64,000 bases of DNA from the human T2T-CHM13v2.0 reference genome, Homo sapiens. Position numbers and translations under genes: made by a program. Shown here piece after piece: positions 28,346-40,390 of this stretch (its first letter is position 1; each line of letters begins with the position of its first letter). The notes under the pieces were generated by a model. It worked only from the letters and a program-made list of their open reading frames with translations. It did no database searches and had not been told where the DNA came from. The DNA lies in NCBI RefSeq assembly GCF_009914755.1, contig NC_060947.1, one strand, 5' to 3'.

Positions 28346-31300
28346 TAAATTATGGCTGGTGAATCGGAATTATGTTGGTGAATCATCATCTTAATTATGC
28401 CTCATTTTGACTTAAGACAATGTCATTTGTCATTTTCTGTATTTCTTTATGCTGACAACCCTTATCTGGGAACGAGGAGGTTCACATTTAGGCTATAGGC
28501 ACATCAACAACTAGCTGAATGAAGTTGGGTAAGGATTTACGAAGGCTTTGGCCAAGGTAATTTATAAGGTCTCTTTCTGCTCTAAATAATCTTATACCCT
28601 GTGATGGTAAGTGTCTATATGGGCCCTTTATGGGAAATGAACAGAGAGAAAAGAAAGAATAAAAGAAAAGCCAAGTGAAGCAAAAGGACAAAATGGAGAG
28701 AGAGATAGAGCTGTCTTTCTGGGACCCCTTTGCCATCCCACCCATTTATTCAGGCTATGATCAACTAATGTTGGGTAAGTTCTGGACACTTGAAAACCAT
28801 CATGATTTTTATATTTCTAGCATATTGTCTTCTGTTCTGTTGTTTCAAGAAAGCAATTGTATTCATATCTGTGAGGGTAGGCCTTGAAGAATCTTCAAGG
28901 ACGGTCATTCAGGAATTTATCTTGAACCATCTGTTGAAATTAAGTTTTCGCATTCAAACTTCCCTCTGCCATTCACTTGGGAGTAGAACAATTGATGTTA
29001 GAATGAATAAGGAAGAACATCTTTTCTCTCTCCATTCTTTTATTTTAACTGTACCTAATGTGAGTTCTCCTGGGATGCCAAGGAAAATACTTAGGATGCA
29101 CTAGACAATAGTGTTTAATTCATCAATATGGACCCTAAAGTGCTTACCAGTTTTGGCAGCTAAAAAAAAATATTCCTTGGGTGGTAGCAGAGACAGGTAA
29201 GGTTTTCCAGCACAACTATAGTCATGAAGGAGGTCAAAAATCTGTGAATTATTAGTATGATGGGATGGCAGTAAACATGAAATGAACAGGGGACAATTAG
29301 TGTAGCAGGTCTTAGGTTAATTCCACTTCATTCACTGAACTGTGTAACTCCGGGAATTGAAATGTCATATTGGTTTACCGTGGACCCAACATATAGAGCT
29401 TGATAGGTGCAATATGTGTGTGTGGTGAACCCTCTGTTTAGTGGCCGAGTCCTGTAAGTACTAAGGTCTAGGAAGATGTTCAGGCTTCTCTCAAATGGTA
29501 GCTAACCAAACTTCTCTTTATATACCCTGTATAGGAGGTGAGCCCTTCATTTCAGTCCCTCTCCTCACCTGTAATACCCTTGAAATTCATAAATAAATAA
29601 CACCATATCACCCAATTCTCCTCAATAAACTGTGTACATTGCAATAAGTAAAAAATAACAAGTCCAAGTTGAGGAAGAACACTGGACAGGAGGCTAGGTC
29701 CACTTAGTAAGTAGTCACTCTTGCATACCAGCCTCCTGGTCTTCAGTTCAAATTTGTGCTTCAGGGCAACTGAAAAGTATTACATGTTACAGATATTTGG
29801 TGTCTTTTTAAGAAAGAATTGAAACTGTTGATACAAAATATGAGAATGTCAATGGTTTACTGGAGTGTGTATATCTTGAGTGCCTAAAAGGGAAGAAAGG
29901 ACATTTATTTCCATACTTATATAATCACTGCAGATGCTAGGGTGTCATTTGACTCAAACAGAAATGAAAGATTTCTTACCTTCTGTTTAGGCAGTTTATT
30001 TTTTCTACTTTGTTGTATATGTCCTGGAGACCTGTATATGTCTATATCCTTTATTCTCCTTGAGTGCCAGTGTGTCTGATTCACTAGCCCACTTATTATG
30101 ATCCATAAGTTGGTTCTGAATGGATAACTTCTGTCAACTCAATTCCAGAAGTCTACTGAAGTGAAGAATTGGTACCAACATTTGGATTACACAGGCAAAA
30201 AACAATCCAGGCAAGAAATAATTTTATTTTCTTTCTAAGCCAAACTGTCAGGTAGCATCATATTTATAAAACATTCCCTCACATCAGATATAAAGTTTCA
30301 AGTAGGAGTAAAAAGAAGATATATTTCCTTTAAATTTCTTGTAAATAGCAATGATGGAGAATAGAAAGGCATTATTGCAGCTCCAATATTCCATCTGTTG
30401 TGAAAATGGAGCCCAGAGAAGGAAACACATTTATGTCAATCATCAGGAAGCGAGTTTTGAGGCTGAATTATCCAGATAATTGCCCTAATTTTTCATCCTG
30501 GCCTGTGATTGTTTCCTTTTCTACTGCCTTACACAGTTTTGCCTTTTTTCTTTGCCATCATTTTGCACTTTCTGACATCCTCTGTGTCAGCTGGCCATGT
30601 TATTGACTTCTATTTTTGTTGAGGTCACTTCTGTAGGAGCATCTCTTCAGCTTCTGATTGCCCTTAGTGGTGAGGAATTTGAATAAAAATGTATGACAGA
30701 TGCTATTGACATGGGGGAAGGGTTTGCTGGTAGAGAGGTGAATCATAATGTGAAAGCTGTATAACCCAATCCCCCAAACACCCACTCCAATTTTGGCTCT
30801 TTGACAATGCTGTCTCTTTGAGAAAGAAGAACACTTTGATCTGAATTCTTATTAGGTTCAGAGCCATCAAATTAGAATCTAATAAGCTCATTTGGAAGGG
30901 TTTTGAATTAGCTTAAAACAGACCCACGCTGAGCTCATAGAGGAGACCCTCCTACTCTTTCCAGGCAACCTGTAGTTCGTAGACTTAATTTTCAAACTCT
31001 CTTCTTTGTCTCTTTTCTCATCTAATACTTGTTCTCTTTTCTCCTTTCGAATGGACTACTCCTAGCTGTATCTTACATGTCCAGGGCTACCTGTAACAGA
31101 CCTTTTTTGTAAGATTCCTTAAGAAAATTGTAAATTTAGAGAGGAAAAAATGCACCTTTCTTTAATATGAGAAACAACTTCTGGAATCTTCCAGTTTGAC
31201 ATCCTCTAATAGTACTAGTTACCTTCCAATGAGGAATATTTTGGCATACATAAAAATGCTCCCCCAAATACTAAGATATATCATTACCTTGCCTGTAGAT

Positions 31301-31499
31301 ATAAACAAATGTGAAATTGTTTAGGGAAATGAGAGTCTGGGAGCCTTAGATGGGTAGGAGGGGAACAGATATTGTTGTAGTTAGCTTGTTGGACCTCTGA
31401 GGTTATGAAGGAAATAAAAGAGGGAGAGGGAAGGAGAGTGGCTGTTAAGAAAAGATAATTTATTTATCAAGGTTTGTTGGGGCTTCCTCTAGTTGGCCC

Positions 31500-31680
31500 A
31501 ATCACTATGCTTTTATGTTTATCATTTTGTACCTGTGCAAATATACTTGTAGGGTGAATTCCTAGGAGTGGAGCTGCAGGGTCAGGGTGTATGTGCATTC
31601 TTTGTTTTAATTTTGATAGTTATTGCTAAATTGCTAGCAATGAAGTTTGTATCAATTTACACTTCCATGAGAAATGTAAC
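31500..31680 (-). mobile_element. L1ME-like ORF2 3' fragment
   Basis: cctaggagtggagctgcagggtcagggtgtatgtgcatt...gtatcaatttacacttcc. Confidence 0.6.
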
Positions 31681-31699
31681 CATAGAATTTAGAGACTTA

Positions 31700-33130
31700 A
31701 AAAAATTCATTTTCTTTTGACATCCCATGTTATGGACAAGAATTATGACGTCAGTCAAATTCTCATTTCTTGGCAAGTAACGTTTTTGTTACTTCTCAGG
31801 AAGCTTTTATTGTTGTTGTTCAGAGATTTTACCAGTCCTCATCTTTTTTATGTCCTTTGATTATTACCATTGATACTTGCTGGATTTTACAACCTGAAGA
31901 GTCATCTTTCCTGAGCTCAGTAAACATTTTCTCTTTTATTTCTTTAAATATTTCCTCAAGTCCATTTTCTCTGTTCTCTCCCTCTGAAGCCTCGGTAAAT
32001 ATGATACTGGAACCACTGAATCTAATCTGCATGCTTTTTAGTTTTTGTCTCCTACTCTTATCCTTCTACACTGTACTCTGGGAGACTCCCTTGATTTAAT
32101 TTACTGCTTTTAATGATAACCTCAGCCCATCCATTGGGTTTTATAAAAATGGCCATGGTATTTTACATTTTTAAGAACTCTGTTGCTTCTTTTTCAGAGA
32201 AGCCTGTTGTTTATAAATGAATAAACCTTGCCAAAAATGTATTTGAAAATTTCTTCTGTTTTCTGTACTATCTGACACTGTTCCTTATGAAGTTAATTTT
32301 TCTGTTTTTTGGGTTTGGTAGTCTTTCATTCTGTTGATTTTCCTCAGATATTTGAAGGTTCTTGGTTGTCTGTCTAAATTTATAGTTGCTGGGCTAGATT
32401 GATCACAATTAGCTAGTTGAAGCATAGTTCCTACATCCAAGGAGATAATTTCTATTTTGGGGGGGGCAATGGATATATATTTTGATGATAGAGATCCTGA
32501 ATCCAACACTTACATGGGGGAGGCAGAAGTTATATGGCTAGGTGTCCTTGCATTTAGAGTGTGTGGGCACCTAGTTTTTTGGGTGTGGGACATTCCCTTC
32601 TTCCCTTATGATGGCCTTACATGACCTGAGGCACTGTCCTACTTTACCCAGCCCAAAGGACACTCTGAGGGTACTTGGCAGAACTCCCAAATTTGTTGCA
32701 TAGAGTTGTTCTGAATGCCATAATCCATACAGCAAATGCCACAGCCATGATTCTGTCATTAGAGGATCAGTCCGGCTCTTTTCTATTCCTTCAATCAAAT
32801 CACCTGACTGTCCACTCACCCTCTGTTGCTTTTCTCAGCTCCAGTGGCTTCTGATATTGGGATTATTTGAGGCTTTTGGTTATTTTGACACTTTTTTCCC
32901 CTTTGTCTTGAGAGCTTTACAAATTCCTCAACAGTATTGTGTTTTTCTGTCAATTTGAGTTGTTTCATGTCTTTAAGGATGTTCTCAGAGTTCTGGTCTT
33001 CTGATGATACCCTTCTCAGCTTCTAGCACTAATATAGAGTTATTTGCATTGTTGCATTTTCTTCCTGAATTTTTAATAGGGTTTGAGGACAGAGGGGTGT
33101 GTGGGTGTGTGTTCTCTATTACTATTGAAA
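31700..33130 (-). mobile_element. HAL1 / ancient L1 ORF1 remnant
   Basis: Translation SEGENRENGLEEIFKEIKEKMFTELRKD resembles the ORF1 PEGE...EIxxENFPEL motif. HAL1-like ttcctcagatatttgaaggttcttggttgtctg. Confidence 0.6.
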
Positions 33131-33871
33131 TAATTGAGGTTTTTAAGGTTTGTAGCTATTTTAAGACAAATCTAATATTTTTAAAGCCAGTCTGTCTCTC
33201 TTTGCAAATTTCTGAGGTAATTAAAATTCTTCTTTAGATTACCCCTGAACATAAATTGAAATCAGTAATTGTGAAATTGATAATTATACAGAAGAGTGGC
33301 AGTGTCAGAATTTTGCCAAGATCTTTTCCTTTCACTTTTCATAATCTAATTATCATCACTTAGATTTTCATTTCACAGTTGAAATGCTAAAATTGGGGGA
33401 ATAATGTCTGCTATAGTTTCAAGGCATAATTTATGGGAAAAACCAACTTACTTGCTATTCATTACTTTTAATTTCTGTGAGAACTTGTTATTTATCACCT
33501 ACAACAACTTACATTGGATGAAACAAAATCATGGACCCTCTGATTCATATTGTCTTGTGGTAATATATTGATCCAAGATTGTTAAAAAGCCTTATACATT
33601 TTGAGGAATTGCCCCACTTTTTTGTAAAGCAGGCAAAATCTTTTAAATCTATGAGAGATGCTAAAATTATGATTGATTCTTATGCTTTTAAAATCTCCAA
33701 TCTTTTTTCTCATTTTGAACTGGAAAAACATATTGACGTTTTTCAGTGGAGATGTAGGAACATTCATATTTATTTAGCTGGAGAGGGAAGATTATGAATT
33801 TGAAATTTCAAAGCCATTTCTTAGTCAAAGGGGAATGGAATTTTAGAGCCAAAAGGTATCTCCTAATAGCT

Positions 33872-34108
33872 TTGTGGTAATGTGTGAAGAGCAGAGACTG
33901 AAGTCAGAAACCCTAAGGTCAGGTTCCCACTTTCCACTTTCTAGCTGTGTGACCCAACTCAAATTACATAAATTCTTAAACTGCATTTCTTCATCTGTGA
34001 AAGGAAGATAATCCCTGCGCTGTTAATTTTATTGCTTTATTGTAAGGATCAAATGAGACAGTATACAAAAAATGTATTGGGAATTGTGGGCTGCTGTTCA
34101 AATGTACA
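33872..34108 (+). mobile_element. MIR SINE
   Basis: ctagctgtgtgacc...ttcttcatctgtgaaagg...ttgtaaggatcaaatgag. Confidence 0.75.
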
Positions 34109-35204
34109 CAGATGATTTTTCCAAGAAGTGAGAAACTCCTGTTTATTAGGGTATTTGCCTAATTTCATCAGTTAATTAGTAGTAGAGCTAGATCTCCTAA
34201 ATCAGTCTGATAATCTTTCCATTGGAGAGTAACTTTCAAAAATTGCATAGTTGGATATGCAGAGAACTTACTGGAACTCTGAAGTTATGCCACTCTTCAT
34301 AAAGACAAACTTCTGGATCTTAGTAATGTCTTTTCCTGGATGAGAGGGAACAATTGGTTTATTTTGACTTACCATGTTTTGTCTGTAGTGCTTGGATAAA
34401 TACCTAGAGCTGGTTCTGTTTTTACTAGTTGTTCTATGATAAAAATCTCCCTGATTTATAGTTAGAGTGGTATTTCCCTTCGTTAAATCTGCCTCTTATC
34501 ATAATTTTACAATGTGCTGCTTCCATGGACTTTTATTAATTTGGAGCCAAGTATTCCATAAATGGCTTTTATTTTTGTTTCTTATTTAATAAACTGTATA
34601 GAATTTCCCACCCACATTTTTCTTTGCAAAACGACTGAAGTTCTTGATTGTTTAGTTTCCTTTTATAGCTGCTTCTACAAAGTATGGTTCTACAAACAGC
34701 TGAAGGATGACTTTCTGCTTTAGTCTAAGGTCGTCTGGAACAAAGTGGTCCAAATTCTCTTCTAGAATTCTCAAGATAATTAAAAGGAAGCTGAGTGCTT
34801 CATGTTTAATATAATCATTTAGGTTTATTAAGCAAAAGGTCCAGGATTGGAAATTGAATGTTCAGGTTGAAGATACAATTAATTGAAACTTACAATGTTG
34901 CTCGCTTAAGCAGATATGGAAAAACAGGCAATAAGTCATTTCAAATAGGGAAAAGTGAAGATTCATGTTCAGCTAGAGAGAAGAAAGGGACAAGAATATA
35001 TGAAAACGTTACAGCCACTTCATGTAACATTTAGAAGGTATTAGAAAGTATAGAAGGTGTTGAGAATACTTCAGACTTTGTGGAAAGAACAACCAATTTC
35101 TTTTCTGAAACATATACTTTCCCGTGGGTCTATTTTCCTTATTAAGGAGAACACTGGGCATGCAATCAATTTAGATAGCTACTTACTATCAGGAAGAAAA
35201 ACTG

Positions 35205-35512
35205 AATTTTAAAACTAAATTGAAAATTTTAGAATAGTTTTAGATTTATAGGGAAGTTGAAACCATGGCATGGAGATATCCCACATCTACTTTCTCCTAT
35301 TGTTAATATCTTAGTATGTGCGTATTAGTATGGCACATTTTTCACAACTAATGAACCAGTGTTCATATATTAATATTATCTGAAGCCCATACTTTATTCA
35401 GATTTAGTTACATTTTTGTTTTTGTTTTAAATCGAATGTCCTTTATCTGTTCCAGGTTTCTATCCAGGATACCACATTATATTTAGTCATTATGTCTCTA
35501 GCCTGTGACAGT
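35205..35512 (-). mobile_element. L1MC 3' end fragment
   Basis: aattttagaatagttttagatttatag...ccatactttattcagattt...ccaggataccacatt. Confidence 0.7.
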
Positions 35513-35736
35513 GATTGCATTTAGCAGGCTCATTTGACTGGTAAACTTAGAGGTGTGTTTTGTAGCTAACATCTTTGAAGGCAAATTGTGTGGCCATATT
35601 TCCCCACATAGAATTCTCCTTTAGGGCAGTTTTCTTTTTGTCCGTAGGAGATGGCCAGAATTGTAGGCTCTGAAAACTCAGTCTCCCACTTATCTGACAT
35701 ATTCCAGGTCCTACCTGTACTTGAGTCAAGTTAGAA

Positions 35737-35912
35737 GAGTGGCTCTCACACTTGAGTGAGCATCCAAATCACCTGAAGGGCTTAAAACACTGATTTCAGG
35801 GCTCCACCCCCAGTTTCTGACTCAGTAGGCCTAGGGTGACACTTGAGAATTTACATTTTTAACAAATTCTCATGTAATGCTGATGCTGGGGACCCCACTT
35901 TGAGAACCACTG
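35737..35912. mobile_element. MER5A hAT-Charlie DNA transposon
   Basis: TIR-like agtggctctca...tgagaaccactg; internal aatcacctg and tttctgactcagtagg. Confidence 0.85.
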
Positions 35913-36194
35913 GGTTAAACCATAGAGAGTCAGAACACCTGAGCCACATTATTTCAATCCTCTGCTGAGCTTTTCTGTGAAGCAACTGATGTAGGTTCTG
36001 TTCTTTGAGAAAGAGAGCGATATAAATGTTGCCTTGGACTCTAGACAGCTGATAGTCTTACTTGACTTTTGACCTTTTTCATTGCTATTTCTTTATTCTG
36101 TGTCACTATGCCCCCTGCCCAAATTTATTCACTTTATTTTTGAATATGTACTGTACATAGGTGGCATAGAATTCTTTTTGGAAATTAATAATAT

Positions 36195-36375
36195 CAGCTG
36201 GCATATGTTAAGCACGTATTCCTTTAATTTTTTCACCTACTCTAAGAGTTACATCTACTGTTCTTCCCATTTTAGAGAAGAGGAAATGGAGAAACGGGTT
36301 AATTATTTTCCTAAAGAGAATGCAACTATGACATGGTAGACTAGGGGCTGAAACCTATGTTTCTTACTCCCAGCT
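36195..36375 (-). mobile_element. MIR SINE (degenerate)
   Basis: cccattttagagaagaggaaatggag antisense core. Confidence 0.6.
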
Positions 36376-36409
36376 GGTGCCTCTCATTTCCGAACTTATG
36401 AAGAAGAGG

Positions 36410-36617
36410 CCATGTGGTGTAGTAGAAGTAACCCAGGTGGCCATTTGCTGGATATATCACTGGAACATGGTACTTAACTTTTTCCAGACTCATCTTCCTT
36501 ATTCCCCAAATGGTGGATATTAATACTTTCCTTATAGAGTTGTAAGTATTGAAGAAAACAATGGATATAAAGTACTTAGTGAAATGCCATGTTCATGGTG
36601 AGTACTCAATAAGTATC
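36410..36617 (+). mobile_element. MIR SINE (degenerate)
   Basis: gtacttaac...atataaagtacttagt...gtactcaataagt MIR tail. Confidence 0.65.
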
Positions 36618-36820
36618 TTTCTAAACCGTTTGCTGACATAAAATTCTTTGTTTTTTATCATTGTGTAATAAATAGTGCCTGAGTTAATAAGAACATTCTA
36701 TTTGTAAAGGAATAAATTAGGAGTGAAGAAAATATTGCTAACTTTACTCATATTGGTACTGAAGTTAACGTCTATACTTAAAATTCTCTTTTGTTGAGTT
36801 CTTTATTATTATATATAGTT

Positions 36821-37110
36821 GTTTTTTTTTTTTTTGTGACAGAGTCTTGCTCTGTCACCCAGGCTGGAGTATGGTGGCATGATCTCAGCTCACTGCAACC
36901 TCCGCCTCCTGGGTTCAAGTGATGATTCTCCTGCCCCAGCCTCTTCCAGTGGTGGTGCGTGCGTCACCACGCCCAGCTAATTTTTGTATTTTTAGTAGAG
37001 ACGGGGTTTCACCATGTTGGTCAGGCTGGTCTTGAACTCCTGACCTTGTGATCCGCCCACCTCGGCCTCCCAAAGTGCTGGGATTACAGGTGTGAGCCAC
37101 CATGCCCGGC
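36821..37110 (-). mobile_element. Alu (AluSg/Sx-like) with small internal rearrangement
   Basis: Dimeric Alu with poly-T. TSD tattatat(a/g)tagtt at 36807-36820 and 37111-37124. Confidence 0.95.
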
Positions 37111-37578
37111 TATTATATGTAGTTTTTTTTTTTTTTTAAGTAATGTTTAAAAGGCTAATGTGGCAATTTAGAAACAATATACAACTTATATATAGGATTA
37201 TCATTTTATCTTTGGATAAAATCATTTCAGTCCCTGAGGAACATAAATGGAGTTTGTGTTCCTAAGAAGTGTGGGTCAGAGAACTGGGTATAGTATACCA
37301 GACTATGAAGTCTTTGATCTGCTACCAATTTTTGAAGTTGTGCAATCAAACTTCCAATTATCTGCCTTGCAGTTTTGTGTAAAATTTTGCCTGTGGAATT
37401 CTTTGTCTCTACTTTTACCTTTTTTTTAAACCCACATACTGAATAACAAAGTATATTAAATTTTATTACCTAATAAGTATGTTCCTGTTTATTATCTCAT
37501 CCAAGCTGCAAAATAGTCCCTCTATTTTCTCCTATTGATTTGTGTTTTTCCCCTCCTTTTTTCCCCTCCTTTTTCCAG

Positions 37579-37631
37579 TAATTACTTTGCTTATGTTCTA
37601 TCTCGACTTTCCTTTATGTTTCTAAAATAAG
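37579..37631 (+). other. Candidate 53-nt cryptic/non-coding exon (stops in all three frames)
   Basis: Long pyrimidine tract + ccag acceptor at 37578; AAG|gtgagt donor at 37632. Confidence 0.3.
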
Positions 37632-38154
37632 GTGAGTTTTGAGATGTAGGGATTTTGTTCTCACTTGTCCTTGACATCAGCCTGAGCATATGATCTGATT
37701 TTAGAAGAAATCAAGCAGAGGCTAGAACGGCAAGTACAGTAAGTGATGTCCTAATGGGAATCTGGTCTGTCCAGCATGGGATAAATTTCCCTTTAACATA
37801 ATGTTTCAGAGGCTAATATCTAAGGAATTGGACCTTACTACAATAATTCAAGTGAGAAAAGAATGCAGTCCAAGGTAAAATATCATTTTTAAAAGGTCTG
37901 TATTCCCAGATTGTCTACATGTCTGCTCTGTTCTGTCAGTATAAGCAATCCAGAATCAACTAATGATGTTCAGTGTTCTTGTGCCTGTTTGTAAATTGGA
38001 CAATTGCATTCATCATTCCTTATCATTCCTTCTTGATTGGGAGAACTGGCTCGTTTCATTGCTAAAAATTCCCAGAGATTAAAATGCTGTCTCTTTTTTG
38101 CTTAGGCTCTTATCTGAAAACATTTTCTTGAAGTTTTGATAGTTGCACAAAAAC

Positions 38155-38380
38155 CAGCAGTATAGTAGAAAGAACATAAGCTTTGGAGGGAGATAACTAG
38201 CTTTGAATCCCTGAGCAAGTTACATGCATTCTTTGTGTCCACTTCCACATACATAAAACGTATACAATGATAGTACCTATTTGGTGAGGCTGTGGTAAGG
38301 GTTAAATGAACAATGAACAATATGCGTGGGGAGCCTGTGGTGGTGTTAGGGACATATGAGGAGCTCAAAAATGTTAATTT
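38155..38380 (+). mobile_element. MIR SINE
   Basis: cagcagtatagtagaaagaac...gagcaagttac...gatagtacctattt...ttaaatga...gctcaaaaatgtt. Confidence 0.75.
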
Positions 38381-39464
38381 CAATTCCTTGATAGTAATGT
38401 GTATTGAGTGCCATTGGTTCTACATGAAAATGCCTCAAAGAAGAATGCCTTGCAGAATTTTCAACCTGAAGCAAATGAGAGAAGGCAAATAAGTGCTCTT
38501 AGAAGAGTCAAAACATCTCACCCCTTACCACCATTCAGAAGTGACAAATTTTGTTAAATGATAAACTGATAGGTACATTTCCCTTCATAGAAATTATACT
38601 ATCTAGGGGATTTCTAATAGCCTGAAGTCCAGTTGACATTCTCCGACTAATATTTAAAATAAATAATAGACAACAAAATTAATAGCTGGCATTTTAAGTG
38701 CTGCAGCTTGTCACCAAATACCATAGCTCCCTAAACCATTAGCTGCCACCTCATGTAATTGGTAGAACAGTACTGTTCTATACCCAATATTGCTGAAATG
38801 TTCTATAATACCCGCAGACAATTCTGTGGCCTATTTTTGGTGCTCCATTTAACTTTTTGCCAAATCTGAATTACTGGGGTTTCAACTATTCAAATGCTAC
38901 CTCATGCTAGCTTTCAGATTGATCCTAATTGCATTAATTGATAGTATTTTCCCCATTCCAAAATTTTGGGGAGTAATTTAGTCTTGGTAAGATTTCTGAA
39001 GCCACTGAGGTGCTACCACCTGAAGACTTAGTTCACTACAATGACATAAAGAATGCATGATAAACCTTGAGTTTGAAAAGAGGTTTATTTATGCACCATA
39101 TCCTTTGTGAGAACAATTTTTTGAAGCTGTTGGCAAATAATATTCCTATGGATAAGATGCAAGAAAACAGTAAAACGGCTTTGTTTTCCTAGATATCCTA
39201 TAGAATCCACTCACCTCTCTAATTTCTCCAATGTTTCCACTCACCACTCACTAGATTAACAAATCTGGAGGGCTCTTATACGTTAAATAGTCTATCAGGC
39301 ATTGTGTGTGTCTATGGGAACGGATATATAATAGGAAAGGTAGTGTTCTTGCTCTTATATGACTTTGCATTTTAATTTGGGATACAGCTTATATCCTCCA
39401 AATAACAGTACAATAACAAAGAGTGCTAGCAAAGTGAATATGTAATTATTCTTATAAGTGGTCA

Positions 39465-40080
39465 GTAGGTATGTAAGCTGATAAATCCTGTTTGTAGGCC
39501 AATTTGGCAAAACTTATATGTCAAAAATCTTTAAAAATGACATGACTTTTGACCTAGCAATTTCATTGCTAAGAATTAGTTCTATGGATATATATACACA
39601 TATATGCAAAGCTTTATGTGAAAGAATGCTCTTTGCAAAATTATTTACAATACAAACATAGAAATAACCTGAATATTTCTCAATGGAGGACTGGTTAAAC
39701 AAATCATGGTCCAGCCAGGGGATGGAATACCATACACCTGTTAAAAATAACAAGATGGTGCTATATGTACTGACATGAAAGATGTCTGAAATAAGTTTTT
39801 AAGGGAAAAGAACAAGTTAAAGAAAAGATATATATTATTGTTACATATGTACACATACATATATGATACACATACACATATGTGTATATATGTATATTAA
39901 TATACACACGTATATTTATGGGAGGATAAGCTCTAAATTTTCAGTGCCATATTTTAGCAATATTATCTCAATAAAGTAGGAATAGAGGGGAGGAGGGGGT
40001 GGGACTTTTAATCCTTATTTAGACCCCTTACTGTTAAATTGTTGATATAACTATATTACTTTTATGATTCTAAAAAATCA
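39465..40080 (+). mobile_element. L1ME-like ORF2 C-terminal/3' fragment
   Basis: tttgacctagcaatttcattgctaagaatt...ggactggttaaacaaatcatggt...atggaatacc. Confidence 0.7.
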
Positions 40081-40098
40081 AAACAAGTGAATATATTC

Positions 40099-40129
40099 AT
40101 TTTTCAGCTTTATTGAAGTACAATTGACA
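40099..40129 (-). mobile_element. Ultra-short (31-bp) L1M 3' tail with TSD
   Basis: atttttcagctttattgaagtacaattgaca flanked by perfect aagtgaatatattc at 40085-40098 and 40130-40143. Confidence 0.75.
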
Positions 40130-40209
40130 AAGTGAATATATTCTAAGAGTGGAAAGTAATGAAATGATGAGAAGCATATGTCATTGACAGAGAAATACCA
40201 TTTTTATTA

Positions 40210-40390
40210 ATGATGACAAGAGCTGAAATGTCCAGAGTGCTTGCTACACCAAACACTGAACGCTTGACATACATCATCTCATTTAGTTTCTCATATCTGC
40301 TATGTACTAATTTGGCAATAAGGAACCAAGGAATTGCAAGCTAAATAAGTGGCAGAACCTGAGCCCTGGTTAAAGTCTATTCTGTTAAAT
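40210..40390 (-). mobile_element. MIR SINE (degenerate)
   Basis: gagtgcttgctac...gacatacatcatctcatttag...gctaaataagtggcagaac. Confidence 0.55.

Noticed and set aside
29390-29470. Faint resemblance to the bacterial 23S rRNA 3' end (ttgatagg...gtactaa)
   Set aside because: Only two short words match; spacing and flanks do not.
36195-36617. Inverted MIR pair as a dsRNA/editing substrate
   Set aside because: The copies are too diverged to pair stably. All Alus are co-oriented, so there is no inverted Alu pair either.
40160-40230. C/D-box snoRNA-like motifs (atgatga...ctga)
   Set aside because: No terminal stem; overlaps a MIR edge; such motifs are frequent in AT-rich DNA.
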